DNA from: Tubiluchus corallicola
Taxonomy: Eukaryota; Animalia; Priapulida
Length of the DNA stretch: 64,000 nt
Reading direction: 5' to 3'
NCBI GenBank assembly: GCA_030141605.1
Contig: JAQGDQ010000143.1
Location: forward strand, 442,275 to 506,274
The position numbers and the translations under genes were made by a program. Below the pieces are notes generated by a model, which did not search any database, was not told where the DNA came from, and saw nothing but the letters and a program-made list of their open reading frames with translations. Each line of letters opens with the position of its first letter. Position 1 is the first letter of the stretch. Of the stretch, positions 41,393-54,578 are shown in pieces.

Positions 41393-41974
41393 CTATTTGC
41401 GTCGCTTTCACGAAAAATTTCTACACTGTGGTTTTAAGTCATCTAATAATTTGCTCAATTTCATGAAGCTTTCCAAGTTGTAGTAGGAAACAAAGTTTCG
41501 TAAGGTTATGCAGAATTTTTTGATAACAAAATACTTCGCGTCAGTAACGATCATCTTAGGCCTGGAAAGATGGAAACAGTACACGAAAAATACATTTAAA
41601 ACATGACAAATACTAACTTAACCTTACTATATTTACTTCAACCAGTCAGCAGTACTACCTTTACTTATACGACGCCTATGCAGCAGTATTGAGTAGCCTT
41701 TGATCTAAACTTTATGGCAATGCTGCACATATCCGTCGTTAAACGCATTTAACAAAAATTCTTAGGCAATTAACCCTTAACAAACAAGTTCTCCAACGAA
41801 CGTAGGAGCCCTACTCTCTAGTATAATACTACGCGTTGTTAAGGATGAAACTCAGTCTAGATCATTAGTGACTGAAAAAAACCTCTTACTCTATGCATCC
41901 TATTGAAGATTAGTATATGCCGAAAGTATCCAGATGCTGCATCAATGCAATTGATGATGTCCTACACATACATA

Positions 41975-42030
41975 TGTGTGTGTGTGTGTGCGTGCGTGTG
42001 TGCGTGCGTGCGTGCGTGCGTGCGTGTGTG
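41975..42030. repeat. (GT)n/(GCGT)n microsatellite
   Basis: Direct observation. Confidence 0.92.
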
Positions 42031-42528
42031 TTTGCGTGCATAGAATGTATACTCTTTTCTCTCTCACTGCCTCTCACTCCCTATCTCTCCCTCATATATA
42101 AAATGGGTCTCAAAACTCCTTAAAACTTGATGTTGTTAGCACTAAGAGAGACAACAGTGACTCTAAGATTTACATCATCCCGTACATTGTTTACCTGGCA
42201 GTTTGACAGTTACCCTGATGTACCGGCATGCAAAAACAAAGTGCTTCAGTGCTGTACCAGCATATTGGGAAGCTTTCCTGTATCGTTGTGTCTTGTATCT
42301 TTTATATCTTGTAGACATTACTGGTGCATGAATACTTTTTAGCCCTCGTATCCTCGTAATAATTAGCTACAATATGTGCACATCTCATACAGCCACCTGC
42401 TCCCTGCTGTAAATCCTTCAAATTTGTTGCGCAAATCATGGCAGTATATTTACAAAAAGTCGTCCAGCTGCATTTTTCTCTAGTTTGTCAATGGAGGGAA
42501 GCCTGGACCTATTTTTTATAAGTTACTG

Positions 42529-42710
<182 letters not shown>

Positions 42711-44203
42711 GAGCGTGTAGAGCAATATTTTACTAAAAGTGGAAGCTACAAATTATTTTGTATCCACGCAATTTCAAACATAGCAAGTTTTTAGAACAGC
42801 ATCTTTTCTATGTCACTTCCTTATAAATATACTGTTTTGCAGTAATCTAGATGTAGTTTTAGATAGAAATCCGTTTTTATCTTGTTCATGGTTTTTCAAG
42901 AGGTCATGATATTACCAAAATTAAGGAAAAAGTAGAAAGTTTTTGGTCGCGCTGTAGATTCTGTGATTGTGGCCAATGATTTTATGGTTCTGCGCTTTTC
43001 TCTTGTAATTATATCTGTTGTTTTTCTCTGTGACTGAATCTTTTCAAGAATGATATTTTTGTATTATGTATTATATATTATGTAGTATAATACATGCCTG
43101 CAGGCAATTTTTCAATTAGATCGTAACCTTTTAAATTTATTTACACATGTACCATTTATAGGTCACATAGGCTACAAGCCAGGAGCTAAAATGGTTCTAT
43201 TGTCACGTGACAGCAGTGGACAACAGTACATAAAATATCTGATGTTTGTATCAGTATTGAACAATGAACAACAAAGAAAACAATCACTTTTATTTTATCC
43301 AAATACAAGAAGTAAGTTGAAAAACTTTTGCCATTTTAAGGCAAAAAAATGTAGTGTTGTCATCCTTAATCGCACAAATTATTAAACAACAGTTCTGAAA
43401 TTAATTTGATCAAAGTACTAGAGAGTGGCCATAGACGAAGATAGTTCAAGAATGTCGTCTGTATTGAAATCCCAGAAACCCAGGGAGCAATCAAGTTTTG
43501 TGCTAACGCTGTACTACAAAAAATACATGATGCGTTTTGCCGAGGTCACTAGGTCCTTCATGGAATGTGTCCGCGCGTTATAACAATGTGAGTTATCACT
43601 CAGCCAGACTCACTATACTCATTGGCCCAGTTATAATTTACATTTACATTTACTTTTTATAATTAATCGGCAAGCTTGCCTCAACGTTAGACGGAAAACA
43701 ATGTGTCCTGCATCATTGACGTTACAACCGTCACGCACCAATATACTCGCTAGTAAAACATTTTCCTGAAGAAAGTTGTGAATATTTAATCATTACTATT
43801 AAATATTTATTTTCATAACTTGTTGTATTTTCGTCCGCACGATTTTGTAAAGCTGATTAATAGTCAGGTCAAGTCGTAAAAGAGCAAAATGTTCTCTGGC
43901 TGAATGCGTTTGCTTGAATTTCATTTACGACAAGATTTCAAGTAATCCAGGCAGTTTGCGCAATCTTTACATGAGCGTTGTGAATCTAACAGTGAGATGG
44001 TTGGAGAAATTACAAACGATAGAATGTCTACTAGCCACACAATGGTTGAAAGTCTTTATATTTCTCGATTTAATCAACATAGAAACGTAGACTTCACGAT
44101 TGGGTTCATTATTTTCTGTACAGATTTAGAATAGGTACTAAAGTTTGCTAGCTTAAGATCAAATGCAAGAGTATGGTACAACATTCTATAACAGTCGTAA
44201 GAC

Positions 44204-45100
44204 TTTTAGCAAAGCTTCCACATTTTTGTTTTTTTTTTTGCTTCTCATAACCTCCACTGCCATTTTGTTTCTCGCAAAGCTTGAGATATTTCACTTTCAA
44301 TGCAGCTCAACTCACAATTCATCTCCAACAGTCCTCCATCAACATTTTAAATTCCATCAACATGTCAAGCGCGAGATAACACTCAAATTTCTTTTCACTG
44401 CAAAAAATGTCGTGAGTAACTCACCTAAGCGTTCACACTAGATAGTAACTCGCAGGAAATCATCTCGCAACAACTGTCAGAGAATTTATAATTTCTTGCT
44501 AACAGCAACTCCCAAAGCAGTTAACGCTGGTAAGTTTGCTGTCAAAGAGAAAACTCGCAAAAAACTCGCTAGTCTGAGCGCGAAGTTACATTTAGCTTTA
44601 TGAGAGTTCTATTCACACTCCACTTTTAGCACAGATTCGTCCAACTGTCCATTTAGCAAAGCGCCACACACAGTTTACTTTTATAAAAAGATTTAATAAA
44701 GCTCCATCCCTATTTCACTTTTAGCAAATTTTTATTTGCTCTCTCACAATAGCAATGCTTTATTCGAATTTCAATTTTAGTAAAGCATCATCCACATTTC
44801 AGTTTAGGTGATTTTTTATCTGCTTGTTTCATTTAGCAAAGCTTTTTTTATAAAATTTCGCTTTTAACAAAGCTGAAGTCATATTTCGCTTTACAAAAAT
44901 TTTCTTGTAAGGTAGCAGACTCATTCAACGCTCGATATAGCAAAGCTTAATCCACATTTCAGTTTTAGTAGAACACGATTTTTACTACCCTTTTACATTT
45001 AGTAAACCTTTTTTTCTTAATTTTTTCTCCAGTCACACATTTTTTATGAAAGCTCTATTCAAACTATCTTTTTGGAAAAAAAAACATCCACATTTTACTT
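44204..45100. repeat. Degenerate ~28-bp minisatellite (approx. TTTTAGCAAAGCTTCATCCACATTTCAC)
   Basis: tagcaaagc and atccacatttc cores recur throughout; interrupted by a MITE. Confidence 0.65.
44429..44581. mobile_element. Small MITE, Harbinger-like ends
   Basis: gcgttcacactag ... ctagtctgagcgc inverted ends (11/13); internal aactcgca repeats. Confidence 0.5.
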
Positions 45101-48100
45101 TAGGCGTCGTCAACCTACCTGCATGTATTAAGCATATACATTCATTTAATCGTACACCGATTTCTTTAATTCCCATGGTAGCTAGTTAAGCTGAGGTAAC
45201 TGTAATTGGATACGCCTAGCATAATCTGACACAGGTCCATTAACTAACTATGGACTGTAATAACATCCCTTAGGAAACCACCAACAGAAATAACTGCTAC
45301 AATAAACCTCTCACACGAAAAAACTGCAGAATATGTCTATTTGTGTCAATACAACGTCTAGGAAACCTAATTAATCTGGTTCAATTTATAGCTTGAAAAA
45401 TAAATTCATCAGCGGGAATCGAACTCGTTACTTTCACCAACGAAAACATTATAAAAATGTTTTTGCTGTGGTATAGCGTGATCGATTGTGATTAAAGGAC
45501 GGGGTGAAAGCTATGTGCGCAACATGGCAATAAAGAAGCTATATGAGTACAAAAATTATTTAACTTTTGTCAAAGTTATTAAATCATTAAAACTAAAACC
45601 TCGTGCTATTTTTTCTAGGGAAGATACAATTATAATCAAGCATTATCGGTTCAAGACGGCTAAGCAAAACATAAATGGCACCTGATGCTAAAGGAAATCC
45701 CTAACGAATTTGTAATCATTTTCTCCAAATCCCATGCTTAAGTGGCGACATTGTGCTTGAAATCCTACAGTGAACATTGTGTCTCTGTTCTATCAATTAT
45801 TCTTACGCACGTGACACAACACATGTCAGTTATAGAAGAGAAACCCGTATTCCTCAGGGGAGAAGAAATAGTTTTTGCTACACATGTAGCTTTACACATC
45901 ATTATAGGCCATGTATGTGATGTAGCCTAGATAACAACTTGAATAACTGGAGAATTTGAGTTCGCTAAACGTTCAGGGTGTGTAATTTCGCTCAAGCTAT
46001 ATAATACTTGTGATGTACAGATCTTACTCGTAGATTGCAAAACTTTATTACATTACAGTTACTCTTTATTGCAATGTTCCTTTGCTATAACAATACCCAA
46101 TCACATTTTCGCCCCTGTTAGCTAGTAATTAGATGTTGACCTTAATTAATTATGTTCAGCTTAATTATACAACGTGCAAGCAATTTAACATGTAAAATGC
46201 AACAAACGCGCCCGTTTGTGTTTTAGATAATATAGTGTCATATTCATCTGGCCCTATCCTATTGCTGTACGTAAAATTCCTGTTAAATTACCTGTACTGT
46301 AGAGCTTTGTTTTTACCTGAATGTGACTCAAGACATTATGCTTAATTCTACCTTCTGATTTGTCGATTTGCAAAAGTTCAGAATTGCTTGGCTGTATTCA
46401 CGTGCTCCAGTAAATTTGACTAGTCGTTCTGGGTTTGGTCTGGCAAGATGGACGGACGTCTCCCCTTATCTTACCAATTACTGTAGTTGTTTACTTTTAC
46501 ATACTTTCAAGTATATACGTCTTAGAATTATGTGGCGATTGCTGCAACTTTCTAATAACCTAACGGATTTGATGTTGTTGACCTGGTACGGATATGGTTT
46601 ACCAAGTGATGTACATAGACTCTTGCAAAGCTGTAAATATTTGCTGCACTTCGACTTGTTCAAGTGATTACGTAGAGAAAGCTAAGTGACCTGCTATCAT
46701 GCAGGCACAAAGATCCAGGCAACCTGCTCGTCATTCAAGTGCTGAGGGGATGTCGTGGTCGTTAATGAGAGTTGGCTGGTTTAGTTTGGTGTGGTACGGA
46801 ACCGGAAAAGTCCCACATTGGTTGACATAGGACGCATCGGATGCCAGGCGGTTTGATGGATGAATTGGGACGTGGTGATGGTCCATGGTAGAGGCGCCCA
46901 CCGAGCTCATTCAAATTCAGTATCAGTCGAGTCTCTAATTCATTTTTATGTAATTGGGCAGTATCGCTTGTTCTGTGCAATACACTTATTATTATTATTA
47001 GCAAGTAAGATATCGTTTTTCTTTTTTTCTTTTTGTGTTTTTGGTCGTTGCTTCTTTAAAATACTTACAAAGATGAATTACTAGAAGCATTATGAAGTCA
47101 TTACATTACACGTTTAGAAGTTATCACATATCGAAATCATTTGCTTAGGCCAAAAATTATTGACCGGATACTCGACAGGTGTGAACTACGCTTTATTTTT
47201 CTTTTACCGAGATTTATAGAGATTAATCCTGACATTTTCCAAATAACACTCACACCGTCACAATACCCAAGTTGAGTAATTTGCAGCATTAGGCTAGAAC
47301 AGAGTCAATTGATTAATTGAAATTTACGATGATCGGAAAAGTAACCAGAAAGTCTTCGATTCAAATATCAGAGGAGTGCAAAACTTTTCAGACATTCTAA
47401 TTTAGCATTGGCTATGTGTGTTTATGTGACTACTTCTAATGTTTTCTTTTAGAACATTTTTATTTTTATTTTTTACTTTTCCTTGGGTTTTTTACTTTCT
47501 ATGAAAGCTCAGATTTCTGTATTGTGGATGATGGATTAAACTCAAAATTGCTGAACTTTATATCCAACAATGCTCGGGAGAACGATATGTGAAATAATCG
47601 AGACACAACCTGGATTCTAACCAAGCTGTAATAACCAGGTTTTATAAGCAAGATATCCTTGTTTCAAACCCAAGACTCTGCCCGAGTTGTTCACCTTTTC
47701 TTTCCTCATAGCGAGCTCAACTTCAATATTCACCAATAACTGTGGATTTACTCCATCATTAAGAATAACAATGTTGAAATTAAAATTGTGAATGATTAAC
47801 TTTTATGTAGTATGGAAGAGTTAATTAGCGTTGTAAAGATAATATTCGTTTCGTAAAATATGAAAGTTTGTTTTTGAACATCTGTTCTTTTTAATGAGCA
47901 GCTAAAAACTTTAAGAGCGTAAAAGCAAAAGCGGGACACTTAACCTACTAGATGTTTTGGTAAGTGCTGAAATATGCAACACTTCAAAAACCTAACCAGG
48001 CATTACCATACTTTTTATTGCGTTACCCACCCATCGTTAACCATTCAGCGTTTATTCAGAATGCTGTAATAATATTATTTCTCTTCTTTTAGCAGATCCG

Positions 48101-48609
48101 GACATTCGGAAATGATTAGAAAGCGCTTGAACGCCACTACGCCAGTGACGGGAAACACGCGGATGGCGTGTAAATAAATTAGAACTGTGTTTGGATGAGA
48201 TTGCAGTATTTATTGCTAAACTCCTGTCGTAAACACTGCCTGTCTTGAAGGCCTTGGATCTATTTCTTTTGCTGAATAAAATCTATTTGAAGTCGGTTGA
48301 CATGACTAGTGTTAAGAGCATCGATTCAGAGATAAATTGTGTGATCTGGATGGCGGTTAGATAAGTGCTGATAGAGCCTCTGGCTTTTACTCCGTTCTCT
48401 GACTTAGTGTACCTTCTCCACTTCACTGCTTGATCTCAGTCAAGGCTAAGTACTTGCCTACATAATAATGGTATAAATTCATATTTAATTGAACTTTGAA
48501 AACAAACTTGAAAAAACGGGAGGTGCAAAGTTGTAAAATAGCTGGATTTAAACCACACAACTTCCGCTTTCTGGTAGTAAGTAAGTAACAAAGTAAGTAA
48601 GAGTAACGT

Positions 48610-49213
48610 GATTTAGATTTGATTTAATTCTGCATTTCAAACTCAAGTTCATATAATTGCACATTTACAACACATAACCACCACCACCACCACCACCACC
48701 ACCACCACCACCACAACAACAACAACAACAACAACAATATTATTATAAAAAACCAATACAAACAAATCACAACGCTTGCATATAAACTCCACCATTGGTG
48801 TCTTACGTACGATGTAAATTTAGCGTCGCTTGCCAGAATTTTCCAGCACATTAAATTCACACTGGAATCAAATCTTTTCATTAAACTTAAAACACATTTT
48901 CTATATAATACATCGAAATATGTCACTTGAATTTCAACACTCATTGCACGAGCACTATGATCATATGCATACCCAAAAAATAATCTTTTTCAAACAATGT
49001 GTGCTACTTTGAGCTTTAAGATACTCTAATTGTTAAAATGATTCCAGATGGGCAGTAGAAAGTATTACAATAAGCACTAAATAGATATCTTTTAACATCA
49101 ACAGAACAGTAGCTGAATTTTCTTTTGCACGACAGTAGTACAGGGACCTTTGATTAACAATGTCTAGGTCATCTCGGTTATCATTTGAAATAATATATCC
49201 TAGGTATTTTTCA
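48610..49213 (-). mobile_element. Second, shorter 5'-truncated copy of the RTEX-like LINE
   Basis: Reverse complement aligns to 8376-8960 (MSVEIQVTYFDVLYRKCVLSLMKRFD); tail aaatcaaatctaaatc; small indels; (TGT)n(TGG)n expansion in the 3' UTR. Confidence 0.92.
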
Positions 49214-49219
49214 CTTCAA

Positions 49220-49290
49220 TTGAGTGAGTGAGTAAGTGAGTGAGTGAGCAATTGAACGAGTAAGCGAGCGAGTTAGTGAGCGAGCGAGTA
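49220..49290. repeat. (TGAG/CGAG/TAAG)n tetranucleotide repeat; related (TAAG)n at 48576-48606
   Basis: Flanks LINE copy 2 on both sides. Confidence 0.85.
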
Positions 49291-50394
49291 ACAATGTATA
49301 CTCAGAATTACGCAACAATAAACATTGGTTAGTGATAGCTATGCTTAAAAAATTGGTTTACATAAAATTAAATAATATTTTAACATACACATTAGTAATA
49401 TACTTTAAATGTTACGGCAAGTCACGATATTCTCAATTTTTGTTGAACAGCTCAACTAAAGAAAAGGGAAATAATGTCAATGCTCTTAAAAAATCCCAAG
49501 CAAATACTAAAAAGGTTGGATATATTGAATCACTAGTCCGTTCGACGAACATTTTATTTATACAACTGAATATGTATACACAGGCATTCGCACATTATCT
49601 TAATGGCCATGATAATGATAGTTTAACCACAAGCTGCCTTCACTAATTGAATGGAACTTGACTGGTTGACAGTTTAGTTGATAAGTTTATGTATCTAGAT
49701 CACTGCTAAATAGTCGCTCTCATATCAAGCAGGCTTCCCTGCTGTGTATGTAATCACACGCAGTAAACCCTGACTGTGTTACACTGATAAGGCCTAGTTG
49801 CCTTTGTCTCCAGAAACCTTTGCAACTGACATTTCTTTTGGTAGGCACATTCTATTCAATCCACCTTTATTTCCGACTTAATTAAGGCATGAGGAGACTA
49901 TTACTGGTATTCCAAATGCTATCTATAAAGGCAGACAATGTCATCATAATTATGTTCACTAGAACTGCAGCTGAGGCAATTTAATTGATACGTCCATGGG
50001 CAACAAAAGACACAGGCTGCTTAGTTCTGAAAATGCCGTTGTTGAATGTCTTGCAGATCCAGTATCAATTATTTCGACAAGACCTCAAGGGTATTCTTAA
50101 CGTTCTTGTCAGCTCAAAGCACTTTCGTCGCTGGTGAGGCATTTAACTTACTTTACGAGCTTTTAAAATGAAGCAACGAGCTTGGATTCAACCCGTGCAT
50201 GTACCTGGGATGGTCCAAGTCATTACCACTGTCGTTGCTGCTGTTGTTAATCAGGCATATGCCTGTTCCACACATTAAGCAGAGTGTAGCAATGTAACTA
50301 ATGCATCCAGGAAACCATACCAGCGTTCTAACATAACCTTGCTATGTTGTGACCGTACATGTTAGTTGACAAGATAGGTATACTGTTTACAATT

Positions 50395-50830
50395 CCTAAA
50401 TGATATGGCCCTTATGAGCTAGTAACAGCCACCTTGTCGGCCATTTTGAATGCTGTGGCCATATTGGATAATTTTCTGTTAGCACCAATTCCAAAATTAA
50501 TCAACTGAATGGGTTTTAGCATTTTGCAAAGTCTCGTGCTTTTAAGGCAAAATGAACAATTCCCTCATTTTGTGCAACATTTGCAGCCATCTTAGCCGCT
50601 ATATCAAAATGGAGTGATATTATAAGGGCAGTTAAGCATCAGATATGGATTCCTTGACCTTGATAACCTATATTTAGACGCCTTATCCTGTATGCTCTGA
50701 TAGCTAAGATATAACCCTTACAAGCCAGCAACAGCCATGTTGTCAGCTATCTTGAAAATTGCAGCCATATGGGACGAAATTCGATTGACTCCAAAATCAA
50801 AATTTAATTGATTAACGTAGCAATATTATT
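50395..50830. mobile_element. Non-autonomous interspersed element with repeated (C/G)GCCAT(C/T)TT motifs
   Basis: Many cagccat/ggccat motifs, an internal duplication (gatatggcccttatgagctagtaacagccaccttgtcggcc versus gatataacccttacaagccagcaacagccatgttgtcagct) and ggattccttgaccttgataacctatatttagac. Confidence 0.55.
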
Positions 50831-52083
50831 TACCGAACGAACACTTTAGTTGCAAATGTCTGTTGGCTGTATCAAAATTTAAGAACGAAAGTATTTCTGT
50901 GTTATTGCCATAGTTTTTATGGGTCTCAACGTGGGAAATGTAATTAACGTCTCTCGATACCGCGGGAATATAGGTGTGAGACAGCTATAGAAACTTCCAA
51001 GACAATCACATAGGTATTTTCTGCCCCGTATTTGCAATGTGTTAAGACCAATATTCAAACAGCAGCAAGATATATAAACTGCTTTTATAGTTATAATAGC
51101 TGCAATAGTCTGATTTCTTTTTCTTTTGTTCGACAAAGTTGTTACTCACTTTTATCATGCATGGGAAATAATGCGAATTACGTATGCAAAATATACAATA
51201 GATTATGCATTGATTATATCTAAGCCGAAGCTGTCCGATCACACGTACTTCAAGAGGAAGGCAAACTCACCGAGGATGAAATTTCTAGCGTATTTCTGGC
51301 CGTTGATACTTTAAATACAATAGAAGCTTTGTTTTTTTGTAACTTGATTGAATTAAACGAAATTTTTAAAGTTTATTATAGCAGTTTACATGTGAATTTC
51401 ATGACAACCTTTAAATAATAATTAATATCGGACAACTAAAAAACGTCGTATATCATATTTTTGTAAGCGTTTTTTCATAAAGTGTGCGTCTCTTTCCTTC
51501 ATGCCTTCCCCTATTCGAATTATATCACACTTTTAGTAATTGCCCGATATTTTGACCGGAATTTCAGAAAGCCCAAGTGCCCTCCTCGTTTGCTTCGTGC
51601 GAAAATATTGACAGCAACGAAATAGTGAAGAAAAGGGTTTATAGGATGTTTTCTATTCCGCGCACACTTTTCTTGAAGGTCATGTAATTCGTTTTTTAGC
51701 AAATCGTTTCATGTTATTCTCATGTGAGCTATGGTGAACTCTTTCCTCAAGCGACGATGAGTACTAAAATTTGATAATAGGGAAACCAGACTTCACGAAA
51801 ATTTTACAAAAAGAATATTACTTAAATTTTTGTCAATTTAATTAAAAAAGATAATTTTTCAAAATCAGAAATCAGAGATCTCGGAAATTAAAATTCTATA
51901 CAAAATTTGACTAAAACAAAAAAAATTGTGAAAACCCCGTAAAACTTGCACTTAAACCAGCTGTAACATTCTTTGTCGTTGAAATTAAGATTATAAATAA
52001 GTAACAAAAAATAACTAGTTATAAGACAACTAGTTCGTTTACCTTTACACGTAATAATTCCCTTGCAACGCATCCTGTTAGTT

Positions 52084-52125
52084 AGTCGTCGTCGTCGTCG
52101 TTGTCGTGGCTGTTGCTGCTGTTGC

Positions 52126-52180
<55 letters not shown>

Positions 52181-52182
52181 GG

Positions 52183-52228
<46 letters not shown>

Positions 52229-52229
52229 G
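52084..52229. repeat. (GTC)n(GTT)n microsatellite
   Basis: Direct observation. Confidence 0.97.
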
Positions 52230-52556
52230 CCATTAATATTAACATTAAATTCAAACTCAACAAATAGTACTGAGAGGAAATTAACAATACCGATGCCTAC
52301 TAGAAATGAGCCCATTACGGTCTCAAAAAAGTTATTTTCCTACAAAACTCATTTTTCTAGCTCATATTACGGCACTTTTTGTTAATAAAGGGTTTCCTTC
52401 TAGCTTCATTAAACCCTGAATTACGCATGAACTGACTTCTATACCAGTTTAGGTCAAATGTGTTTCTCGCATAGTCGTATGTGTTACCAGACACTGAAGG
52501 AAAAAGTTCATTGCTTTAAAAAATCTGAGCTAACTGAGCGACTTATTGATTGATTT

Positions 52557-52688
52557 ACTGACTGACTGACTGACTGACTGACTGACTGACTGACTGACTG
52601 ACTGACTGACTGACTGACTGACTGACTGACTGACTGACTGACTGACTGACTGACTGACTGACTGACTAACTAACTGACTGACTGACTG
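52557..52688. repeat. (ACTG)n microsatellite
   Basis: Direct observation. Confidence 0.97.
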
Positions 52689-54544
52689 ATACAGTTATAA
52701 TAATTCTGTATTGCATTCTAGTATTATGTGGATCGCAGCACCTTTACAAATAAAAACGTTTCAGTTTCATTCTGTGTTTTTAACTATTCATCCGAATTTT
52801 ATAGCGAGCCATAAAATTTGTCTTTTTGAGGCCATTTAGACTGCCTACGCAACTATTCATTGCAAAATGTTTTCCCTTCGTCCTTTTGAAACTATTCAAC
52901 CTACCTATACATAGACTTCCTTTTACGATAAACCTGTGCACTTTGACGAGGAAACGCATCGACTGGTGTTTGAAAGTCGTTTACTGTGATTCGCCTAAAA
53001 CTTCTTCGTTTTTCACATTGAACAAATTCGACGTCAGATCTGCTGTCGTGTTGCTTAATTCACTGTGACAACGAGACTCACTGTAAGTCTGCGAATAGCG
53101 ATTATCAACTACAGCATCTGCTGGAAAGATCTCAGAAAGTTGAGGACTAATCAATCAATTCCAGATCACCCGTTAAATGAGCGTCTTTATCTAAAGGAAG
53201 CTTTTCTAAGGAGACACAAATCAGGCGAAAAATGAGCAGCGCTCTATACTTTTTTAATTGTGCTTATCAATAAGCCTTTTCACAGTTCCAGCCAATGATG
53301 ATGATCGTGAAAATGTTAAAGGTTAAGTGAACCAGACAACGAAATTGTGTATATTTGACAATGCCTCCGCAACCGTTGTTGTAATAGTAACAGTTTTAAC
53401 AGCTAACTAGAACCTTGCCTAGTTCATTTTTTCTTGTTCCCAAGCAAGATCCTGTTAATAAATCACTCTACGAAAAGACTAATCCATAATTAAGAAAATC
53501 CACGAAAACACTGAAGTTATTGAAATGAAGCGGAAGAAGCTTTGCCTTACCCACATGTCACGTGATGATTAAGACACGTTTCTGTCATTCACTTAACCTT
53601 TGACCTACGGCAACTGCTCTGATGGGAATTGAGTTGTCCTAATGTCTCTTTCAGTTAATGGCTCAATCGCTGTTTCATCAAGTTATTCTGTCTTCAACTG
53701 AGTTCTTTAAAGTAACACAGATTCCTTTCAACATTACTCAAATTCGGTTTATTTATTAACCATGCCATTCAAAAATACTCAATTGTTGGTTCTGAGTAGC
53801 TTAATTACATAATTTGTGTAACAGACGTACTCATTCTCAGAATAACTCGTTAAAGAGACTGCTTAAATAGAAACCCCAAGTTTCTTCACTTGAAAATCAA
53901 TTTAACCAACAACGGACATCCATCTGGGCCTATTCCAATTTTTCGAAATTGTTGAAACCGAACAAAATGATTTTTCAGTATTTGCTCTGTTCTCATTTTT
54001 TTAATAATTTAACTTTTAATTTTTCTTCGACATACGGTATAACTTTCCAGAATCAAAGGTACCGTATTAAGTTATTAGTTTTCCGTTACTATGGATAGAT
54101 GACTCTGAAAGATTGAGTACTTACTAGTGTGAGAATTCAGATTTGGTTCAGCCATGTAGACAAAGCTCAAATTGACAGAACATGTTTGGCCTGATACCAC
54201 AAGGTTTTGAGTTCATTACCAGCGCAGGCGAAAAATAACTAGAAATTTTTGTCTACTAACCGTCATTTTTATATTGACTGCGAGAATTATTGACGAAATG
54301 TGTTTCATCTCATCAGAACAAAAACCTGATAGGGGCGACTGAATGATAAGGACAGTTCATTATACAAAGCAGATGGACATGCGTGACTAGTGTCTCGTTA
54401 TTAGGGACGAGACAGACAGCAGCGTATCAAATAATATTTGATCATAGTAATTCAACTCAGAAACAACAAAGAACGATAACAGACAGCAGCAACATACAAT
54501 CGATGTCATTATTATGTACACCTACCTAAACACATTACATAGTG

Positions 54545-54565
54545 TCTTTTTCTTTTATTTTTCAG
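54545..54565 (+). promoter_or_regulatory. 3' splice acceptor for the GPCR coding exon
   Basis: Polypyrimidine tctttttcttttattttt plus CAG, 13 nt before the ATG; an in-frame TAG lies directly before the ATG. Confidence 0.8.
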
Positions 54566-54578
54566 ACAGTCTGACTAG

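Noticed and set aside
49860-50030. Additional CR1 RT remnant on the minus strand (NYDDIVCLYR)
   Set aside because: Only one weak motif; not enough to call.
54287-54320. Hammerhead ribozyme on the minus strand (CTGATGA-gat-GAAAC...GTC)
   Set aside because: The core words are present, but stem II is only 3 nt and stems I and III are marginal; likely chance.
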